Source of the DNA: an uncultured Solirubrobacteraceae bacterium
Lineage (GTDB): Bacteria > Actinomycetota > Thermoleophilia > Solirubrobacterales > Solirubrobacteraceae
Assembly (NCBI GenBank): GCA_964588985.1
Contig: CAZPQW010000019.1
Span: 4,632-68,631 of the forward strand
Direction of reading: 5' to 3'
Length of the DNA: 64,000 bases
A program made the translations under genes and the position numbers. Positions 19,149 through 26,234 of the stretch are shown in pieces (the stretch's first letter is position 1; each line of letters begins with the position of its first letter). The notes beneath the pieces are model-generated. The model did not search any database. It was not told the origin of the DNA and was given only the letters and a program-made list of their open reading frames with translations.

Positions 19149-20276
19149 ATGCCTCAGCCGAACAAAATCACGGGGAGCGGCCGCGGCCGACCCACGAGAA
19201 CCGCTGTCTACGAGCGCCTGCGTGTTCAGATCAGCGAACTGCGTGACCGGCTCGGTGGTCTGCCCTCGCCTCGCGAGGCGGACGGGATCTGGCGCGGGAT
19301 ATGGCTCGAGGAGGCTCACCACTCGACTGCGATCGAGGGCAACACGCTCGTGCTCAAGCAGGTCGAGCAGCTGCTCGAGGAGGGCCGCGCGGTGGGCAAC
19401 AAGGAGCTCAGGGAGTACATGGAGGTACGTGGGTACGCCGATGCCGCCAATTGGGTCTACGGTCAGGCGCTGAACTCCGGCGCATGGTCGGCCGGCGAGC
19501 TTCTCTCGCTGACCGAGCTTCGCCACATCCATCGACTCGCGCTCACGCCCGCGTGGGGTGTCGCGCCTCATCCGAGCGCCGGCCATAACGAGAGTCCGGG
19601 CTCATTCCGCGAGCACGACATCCGGCCGTTTCCCGGTGGGATGCGCCCACCGCCGTGGCCCGAAGTCTCTGCCATGGTCACCGACTGGATTCGCGAGGTC
19701 CAAGCACTCGGTCGGGCGGGTGACGGCATCGAGCCCGAAGCGCTGGCCAAGGTGCATGTGCGCTTCGAGCAGATCCACCCATTTCTCGACGGCAACGGGC
19801 GCACCGGCCGGCTTGTTCTGAATCTGCTCCTGGTCAGGCTTGGCTATCCCCCCGCGATCATCTTCAAGGGCGATCGCCGGCGATACCTGGCCGCACTCCA
19901 GAGCGCCGATCGCGGCGACCATGGCCCGCTCGGGGAGCTGCTCGCCCGCGCCATCCTCGACAACCTCCACAAGTTCATCGTCCCCGCGGTCGCCGGTCCG
20001 TCACGCCTCGTCCCGCTGCCTGCTCTCGCCTCCGAGGAGATCTCCGCAAACGCGCTACGCGTCGCCGCGACGCGGGGGCGTCTCATGGCCTCCAAGGCCG
20101 CTGACGGCACGTGGCGCAGCACGCGCGCATGGGTTGAGGAATACCTGGCTGGGCGCTACGAGCGCGAGGCCCGCAGCAGAAGTAGAGAACACGGCGGACT
20201 GCCGGTAGTCCGTGTTCCGGCACGTACGCCTCCAATCACGCCAGAGATCGTGCGGCGAGCACTCGACGAGGATTGA
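19149..20276 (+). CDS. Fic family protein (class II, N-terminal auto-inhibitory helix)
   Basis: Fic motif HPFLDGNGRTGR. An upstream STAIEGN matches the [ST]xxxE[GN] inhibitory motif. Confidence 0.9.
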   Translation: MPQPNKITGSGRGRPTRTAVYERLRVQISELRDRLGGLPSPREADGIWRGIWLEEAHHSTAIEGNTLVLKQVEQLLEEGRAVGNKELREYMEVRGYADAANWVYGQALNSGAWSAGELLSLTELRHIHRLALTPAWGVAPHPSAGHNESPGSFREHDIRPFPGGMRPPPWPEVSAMVTDWIREVQALGRAGDGIEPEALAKVHVRFEQIHPFLDGNGRTGRLVLNLLLVRLGYPPAIIFKGDRRRYLAALQSADRGDHGPLGELLARAILDNLHKFIVPAVAGPSRLVPLPALASEEISANALRVAATRGRLMASKAADGTWRSTRAWVEEYLAGRYEREARSRSREHGGLPVVRVPARTPPITPEIVRRALDED

Positions 20277-20363
20277 GCTTCCCGGTGGCGCTGTTGGACG
20301 TCAACGCGACTCGAGCATCCTCGCCATGGGCGACGGAAATGACGTCGGGGTATTGACCACGCT

Positions 20364-23300
20364 TTGAAAGGATCCGACGGACGGGGATCCTCGGTACCGC
20401 AGGACCAGCAGCCACGTGATCCACCTCCATTCGGATCTAGGCGTTACGCTGCGGCGGTGGTCGGACCCAGCCCTGACGTTCCCCAGACAGCATCAATAGA
20501 CAACCCGATCCTCAACTCGCCCTACGCCCCGCCCGGCCGGCACTATGAGGTCGGCCAGAACGGTCCGACCGGGGTGATCAAGGACGGTCGGCGGCCGAGT
20601 GAGTCTTGGATTCCAATCGCCATGGCGAGGAAGGACAAGAAAGGCGCGCCGGTTCAGGAGACGATTGACTTCGATGTCACCGGCGAACGCCGGGAGCGCA
20701 ACGAGCTGATCAACGAGATACGGCGAGACGTCGCGAAGTGGCGTGGTGACGGTCAGTATGGGGGCGTCACGCCGATCACCCGCAAGTTGCTCCAACACTG
20801 GGCTGATGAGGATCGCGAGAACCGCGTCATCTTCGCGCAGCGCGAGGCGGCCGAGACGGCGATCTTCCTCACCGAGGTCGCAGGACGGCACCATGGGTAC
20901 GCCGACTGGCGGCGGCGGCTCGAGATCGAGAACGAGGCTCACAACGACGGGCTCCCACGAGCAGCCCTGAAGATGGCGACCGGAGGCGGCAAGACCGTCG
21001 TGATGGCGATGCTCATCGCCTGGCAGACCCTCAACAAGGTGCAGTCGCCGCGAGATGCGCGCTTCACCAACCGGTTCCTCGTCATCACGCCCGGGCTGAC
21101 GATCCGCGACCGGCTCCGCGTGTTGTTGCCCGAGGATGCCGAGAACTACTACGACCTACGCGACCTGATCCCGGCCGACCTCAAGGGCGGCCTCGAGCAT
21201 GCGCGCATCGCGATCACGAATTACCACGCATTCCAGCTTAAGGACGCCAAGGAGATCAAGGGCGTCGCCAAGAACACGCGCCTCCTGTTGAAGGGCTACC
21301 GCAGGGACGACCCGTTTAAGGAGACGTCGCAGGCGATGGTGAGCCGCATCTTGCGCGACCTCGGGCCGGACAAGCAGCAGATCATGGTGCTGAATGACGA
21401 GGCGCACCACTGCTATATGGACCGGCTGCTGCAGGCTGGCGAGAAAGCCGACAAGGAGCAACAGGACGCGAACGAGCAGGCCCGCGTCTGGTTCCGCGGC
21501 CTGCAGGCGGTCACAAAGCACGTGGGCGTCAAGCAGATCTGGGATCTCTCGGCGACGCCGTTCTACCTCAAGGGTTCCGGTTACAACGAGGGGTACATCT
21601 TTCCGTGGACGGTCAGTGACTTCTCGCTGATGGATGCGATCGAGTCGGGCATCGTCAAGGTCCCGCGGACGCCGGTCGACGATGATGCGACCGACCCGCT
21701 CGTCACCTATCTGCGCTTGTGGGACTACGTCGGCGCCGAGCTCCCGAAGCGAGCTGCGAAGGACACGGTCGCGGATTGGCTCCCGCCGAAGGAGCTCGAG
21801 GGCGCGTTGCGCAGTCTCCACCGCTCGTACGAGAAAGCGTTCGCGCACTGGGAGAAGGAGCTGGCGCAGTACGGCGAGACGCCGCCGGTGTTCATCGTCG
21901 TCTGTCCCAGCACTGTCGTCTCCAAGCTCGTCTACGACTGGATCGCGGGTGAGCAGGTCATCGAGGACGATGAGGTCGTCGCCCACAAACCCGGACAGCT
22001 TGCGCTGCTGTCGAACGTCGTCGGCGGCAAGCCGCTCGCGCGTCCGCGCACCATCCTCGTCGACTCGGCGCAGCTCGAGTCTGGCGACGGGATGAAGGAT
22101 GAGTTTAAGAAGATCGCGACTGCAGAGATCGCGGCCTTCAAGCAGGAGTACCGCAAGCGCAACCCGGGTGCCGACGTGGAGAAGATCGAGGACAGTGAGC
22201 TGCTCCGGGAGGTGATGAACACCGTCGGCAAGCGCGGCCGGCTCGGCGAGCAGGTTCGCTGCGTCGTCAGCGTCTCGATGCTCACCGAGGGATGGGACGC
22301 CAACACGGTTACGCACATCCTCGGCGTTCGCGCGTTCGGTAGCCAGCTCCTTTGCGAGCAGGTCATCGGCCGTGGCCTGCGCCGCCGCTCGTACGCAGTG
22401 AACGAGCAGGGGATGTTCGAGCCCGAGTACGCGAACGTCTACGGCATCCCGTTCCAGTTCATCTCGTCCGACAAGCCGCTCAAGGATCCGCTGCCGCCGA
22501 AGCCGGTGATCGAGATTTGCGCGGTCGAGGGCCGCGAGGAGCTGCGGATCGAGTTTCCCAGGCTCGACGGCTACCGCGTCGAGCTTCCCGACGATGAGAT
22601 CTGGCTGGACCTTGAAGGCGCACCCAAGTTCGATGTCGGTCCGAACACGGTGCCGAGCTGGGTCGAGATGGGCGGCGTTGTCGGCGAGCGTGAGCTCGAC
22701 GAAGGCGACCCGACGCAGTACCGGCCCCAGCAGGTCGCCTTCGCCCTCGCTAAGCGCGTCCTCGACGCCAATTTCAACACCGTCGACGACAGGCGTCCCT
22801 GGCTCTTCCCCCGGCTGGTCGAGATGTGTCGGGTGTGGATCGAGGAGAGGGTGATCGTTTCCGGTGGCTATAGCCTCGGGTATCTGATGACGATCACGGA
22901 GGCAAGAGTGCTGGCCGCCGAGGCGGTGTGGAACGCGATCGTGCGCCAAGAGGGCAACCGCCGAGAGCGACTGCGCCCGATGATCAATCGATTCGACCCC
23001 GTCGGCTCGACCGGCGACGTCGATTTCCAAACGCGCAAGCGCACCGTGCCGACTGAGAAGTCCGAGGTATCCCATGTCACTCTCGACGGCAAGGACGGCA
23101 ATACGTGGGAGCAGCTCCTCGCGAGCGAGCTCGAGCTGAACAGGAACGTGAAGTCGTACGTGAAGAATGACCACCTCGGCTTCACGATCCCCTACGTGCA
23201 CAAGGGGCGGAGCCACAGCTATACACCGGATTTCCTCGCCCGGCTCGAGCCTGGCGATGACGGGATCGTGCGGACCCTCATCGTCGAGGTCTCCGGCAGC

Positions 23301-23528
23301 CAGAAGAGCCCAGGGCCGACCCGCCAGAAGGCGACCACCGCACGCGAGTCCTGGTGCGTAGCGGTCAACAACCACGGCGGCTTCGGCCGTTGGGGCTATA
23401 TAGAGATGACCGATCCGCTCGCGTTCAAGGCACGCCTCTCGGATGCGATCCAGGCGCTGTACGGCGACAACGCGATCATCGGCGACCCCGATCGTCTCGA
23501 CTTCGAGTTGGCAGGCCATGGCGCGTAG
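20364..23528 (+). CDS. Type III-restriction-like Res subunit (SF2 helicase plus C-terminal PD-(D/E)xK-like region)
   Basis: ATGGGKT Walker A, NDEAHH (DEAH), QVIGRGLRR motif VI, and C-terminal YTPDF...IVEVSGSQK. Start uncertain (TTG 20364 or GTG 20457). Confidence 0.85.
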   Translation: MKGSDGRGSSVPQDQQPRDPPPFGSRRYAAAVVGPSPDVPQTASIDNPILNSPYAPPGRHYEVGQNGPTGVIKDGRRPSESWIPIAMARKDKKGAPVQETIDFDVTGERRERNELINEIRRDVAKWRGDGQYGGVTPITRKLLQHWADEDRENRVIFAQREAAETAIFLTEVAGRHHGYADWRRRLEIENEAHNDGLPRAALKMATGGGKTVVMAMLIAWQTLNKVQSPRDARFTNRFLVITPGLTIRDRLRVLLPEDAENYYDLRDLIPADLKGGLEHARIAITNYHAFQLKDAKEIKGVAKNTRLLLKGYRRDDPFKETSQAMVSRILRDLGPDKQQIMVLNDEAHHCYMDRLLQAGEKADKEQQDANEQARVWFRGLQAVTKHVGVKQIWDLSATPFYLKGSGYNEGYIFPWTVSDFSLMDAIESGIVKVPRTPVDDDATDPLVTYLRLWDYVGAELPKRAAKDTVADWLPPKELEGALRSLHRSYEKAFAHWEKELAQYGETPPVFIVVCPSTVVSKLVYDWIAGEQVIEDDEVVAHKPGQLALLSNVVGGKPLARPRTILVDSAQLESGDGMKDEFKKIATAEIAAFKQEYRKRNPGADVEKIEDSELLREVMNTVGKRGRLGEQVRCVVSVSMLTEGWDANTVTHILGVRAFGSQLLCEQVIGRGLRRRSYAVNEQGMFEPEYANVYGIPFQFISSDKPLKDPLPPKPVIEICAVEGREELRIEFPRLDGYRVELPDDEIWLDLEGAPKFDVGPNTVPSWVEMGGVVGERELDEGDPTQYRPQQVAFALAKRVLDANFNTVDDRRPWLFPRLVEMCRVWIEERVIVSGGYSLGYLMTITEARVLAAEAVWNAIVRQEGNRRERLRPMINRFDPVGSTGDVDFQTRKRTVPTEKSEVSHVTLDGKDGNTWEQLLASELELNRNVKSYVKNDHLGFTIPYVHKGRSHSYTPDFLARLEPGDDGIVRTLIVEVSGSQKSPGPTRQKATTARESWCVAVNNHGGFGRWGYIEMTDPLAFKARLSDAIQALYGDNAIIGDPDRLDFELAGHGA

Positions 23529-26217
23529 GGCGAAGCAGGCTGGGTCCACGCCGGTCGACTCGATCACGCATGGGGACAAGCGGACGAACATCCCCACCGC
23601 TGACGCACTCGCCTTCGTCGACCCCGCGATCGAGGAGGTCCGCAAGGTTCGCTACGCGCGTGATGAGAGTCTCGACCCGCAGCTTGTCTGGCGCGGGAAG
23701 TATCCGCCCGTCGATGAGATCGGTGAGGCCGACCTCGACCTCGTCACCGACGCGCCGCCGATCTACATACAGGAGAAGATCGACCCGCGCGTTCTAATCG
23801 AGAACCTCCGCCGCACCGCGGAGAAGCCCGACGACGAGCCTGAGCTGACCCTGTTCGACTCCTTCGACGGGCTGGATGAGTTCGATCAGGTGGACTTCTA
23901 CAAGCATGACGCCAACTGGTCGAATCGCATGATCCTCGGTGACAGCCTGCAAGTGATGGCGTCACTCGCGGAGCGCGAGAAGCTCCGCGGAAAGGTGCAG
24001 ATGGTCTACATCGACCCGCCGTACGGAATCAAGTTCGGGTCGAACTTCCAAGTCTCAACGAGGAACCGCGCCGTGAAGGACGGGAATCGTGAGGACACGG
24101 TTCGTGAAGCGGAGCAGATCAAGGCCTTCCGCGACACATGGGAGATGGGGATCCACTCGTACCTCACATATCTTCGTGATCGCCTGATCGCCGCTAGGGA
24201 GCTACTGACTGAATCAGGGTCATGCTTCGTCCAGATCGGCGATGAGAACATGCACCTTGTTCGTTCGGTCATGGACGAGGTCTTCGGTGCGGCTTCGTTT
24301 GTCAGTGCAATCGTCTTCTCCAAGACCGCCGGGGCATCGGGAGACTCGCTGTCGGGCGTTGTTGACTACCTGTTGTGGTACGCGCGGAATCCTGATGCCA
24401 TGAAGTACAGGCCGCTCTTTACGTCGAAGGTGGCAGGTGAGAGCGGTGCCACGCAATACCGGTTTGTTGAGAAGGTTGGCGGCGAGCGACTGCCGCTCGG
24501 CGAGACTGTCCTTGAACCGGGCGATCGGCTCTTTGCACACGACAACCTGATGAGCCAGCGACCGGCCCAAGGGGCAGATGTGCGTGAGTTCACCTTTCAG
24601 GGTAAGGTCTTTCGCCCGAGGGCAGGCACGTTCAAGACTGATCAGGCCGGGCTGGAGTGCCTCGCGGCAGCACGACGACTGTTCTGGGTTGGCAACACCC
24701 TTAGATACGTCAGGTTCCTCGATGACTTCAATGCGTCACCACTGACGAATCTCTGGACGGATACGGGAACTTCAGGATTCGCCGACTCAAAGACATATGT
24801 GGTCCAGACACTTCCTCGGGCGATCGAACGTTGCGTGCTGATGTGCACCGATCCAGGTGACCTCGTTCTCGACCCGACCTGTGGCTCAGGAACGTCCGCC
24901 TACGTTGCTGAACAGTGGGGACGTCGGTGGATCACCATTGACACATCACGCGTTGCTCTCGCCCTAGCTCGGCAGCGAGTGATGGGTGCAAGGTATCCGT
25001 GGTATCTTCTCGCGGACTCCCCGGAAGGGCGTCTGAAGGAGCAGTCACTCGTGGCATATGCCCTGCCGCGAGACCCCGGAGAAGCCTCTAATAAAGATAT
25101 TCACGAGGGGTTCGTTTACGAGCGCGTACCTCACATCATGCTGAGCTCGATCACCAACAACCCGGACATCGAGGCGGGCATGATGCGTGACCAGGTCGAT
25201 GCTGCAATCAACCGTCATGCAGAATTCGAGCTGCTGTATGACCGGCCATTCGAGGAGGCCAAGAAGGTCCGCGTCGCCGGCCCCTTCACAGTCGAGTCGC
25301 TGAGCCCACATCGCTCGCTCTCGTTCGGCGACAGCTCCGAATCCCTCTCTGAGACTAAGGCCGCCAAGGACGCCGACGCACCAAACTTCGAGCAGTCGAT
25401 CCTCGATAACCTCGCGAAGGCCGGCATCCAGAACGGCCGCCGGCAGGAGCGGATCGCGTTTGCGGCGTTCGAGACATATGCGGGCGACTACATCCAGGCG
25501 ATCGGCCAGCGCGACGGCAAGACGGATGGGGACACCCCGGTGCGGATCGCGATCGCGATCGGCCCGCAGTACGGCACCGTCAGCCCGTCGTATGTGAAGA
25601 AGGCGGCGCGCGAGGCGATCGAAGCAGACGACGTCGACCTGCTCGCGATCCTCGGCTTCGCCTTCGACCCGCAGGTCACCGGCCTCACCGAGGGCGACGG
25701 CGTCAGCATCGAGGCTTCCGACGAGGGCTTCGCCACCGTCGCGGGCGTTCGCAAGCTGGGCCGCATCCCAGTACTAATGGTGCGTATGAACGCCGACCTC
25801 CTTATGGGCGAGGAGCTGAAGAAGACCGGCGCCGGCAACCTTTTCACCGTATTCGGCGAGCCCGACATCGCGTGGGATGAGACCGAAGACGGCATCGTGG
25901 TCGATCTTAGGGGCGTCGACGTCTACGACCCGACGACTGGCGAGGTGCGCAGCAACAGCACCGACCAGATCGCGCTCTGGATGATCGACACCGAGTATGA
26001 CGAGGAGTCGTTTTTCGTCCGGCATTGCTATTTCACGGGCGGCAACGACCCGTACAAGCGCCTGAAGACCGCGCTCAAGGCTGACATTGATGAAGAGGCG
26101 TGGGAGTCGCTCTACCGGACTATCTCCCGCCCCTTCCCGAGGCCTGAGACCGGCAAGTTCGCCGTCAAGGTAATCAACGACTACGGCGATGAGGTCATGA
26201 AGGTCTTCGAGGTCTGA
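23518..26217 (+). CDS. Site-specific DNA methyltransferase (N6/N4, beta-class order) with a long C-terminal extension
   Basis: Motif IV YIDPPYG precedes motif I LDPTCGSGTS by roughly 280 aa. ATG 23518 overlaps the res stop by 11 nt. Confidence 0.9.
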   Translation: MARRAKQAGSTPVDSITHGDKRTNIPTADALAFVDPAIEEVRKVRYARDESLDPQLVWRGKYPPVDEIGEADLDLVTDAPPIYIQEKIDPRVLIENLRRTAEKPDDEPELTLFDSFDGLDEFDQVDFYKHDANWSNRMILGDSLQVMASLAEREKLRGKVQMVYIDPPYGIKFGSNFQVSTRNRAVKDGNREDTVREAEQIKAFRDTWEMGIHSYLTYLRDRLIAARELLTESGSCFVQIGDENMHLVRSVMDEVFGAASFVSAIVFSKTAGASGDSLSGVVDYLLWYARNPDAMKYRPLFTSKVAGESGATQYRFVEKVGGERLPLGETVLEPGDRLFAHDNLMSQRPAQGADVREFTFQGKVFRPRAGTFKTDQAGLECLAAARRLFWVGNTLRYVRFLDDFNASPLTNLWTDTGTSGFADSKTYVVQTLPRAIERCVLMCTDPGDLVLDPTCGSGTSAYVAEQWGRRWITIDTSRVALALARQRVMGARYPWYLLADSPEGRLKEQSLVAYALPRDPGEASNKDIHEGFVYERVPHIMLSSITNNPDIEAGMMRDQVDAAINRHAEFELLYDRPFEEAKKVRVAGPFTVESLSPHRSLSFGDSSESLSETKAAKDADAPNFEQSILDNLAKAGIQNGRRQERIAFAAFETYAGDYIQAIGQRDGKTDGDTPVRIAIAIGPQYGTVSPSYVKKAAREAIEADDVDLLAILGFAFDPQVTGLTEGDGVSIEASDEGFATVAGVRKLGRIPVLMVRMNADLLMGEELKKTGAGNLFTVFGEPDIAWDETEDGIVVDLRGVDVYDPTTGEVRSNSTDQIALWMIDTEYDEESFFVRHCYFTGGNDPYKRLKTALKADIDEEAWESLYRTISRPFPRPETGKFAVKVINDYGDEVMKVFEV

Positions 26218-26234
26218 CGACAGGGGAGGACGGA

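Noticed and set aside
20369-20391. AGGATCC-9 nt-GGATCCT inverted repeat (two BamHI-type palindromes) upstream of or inside the res 5' end, considered as a C-box-like R-M control element
   Set aside because: No controller (C) HTH protein gene is present in the island. The repeat is largely a consequence of two self-palindromic GGATCC hexamers, so its significance is unclear.
21156-23645. 829-aa ORF antisense to res/mod
   Set aside because: It is a shadow ORF opposite a gene with clear helicase motifs. It has no motifs of its own, and its composition is dominated by Arg/Leu/Ala/Asp from the complementary codons.
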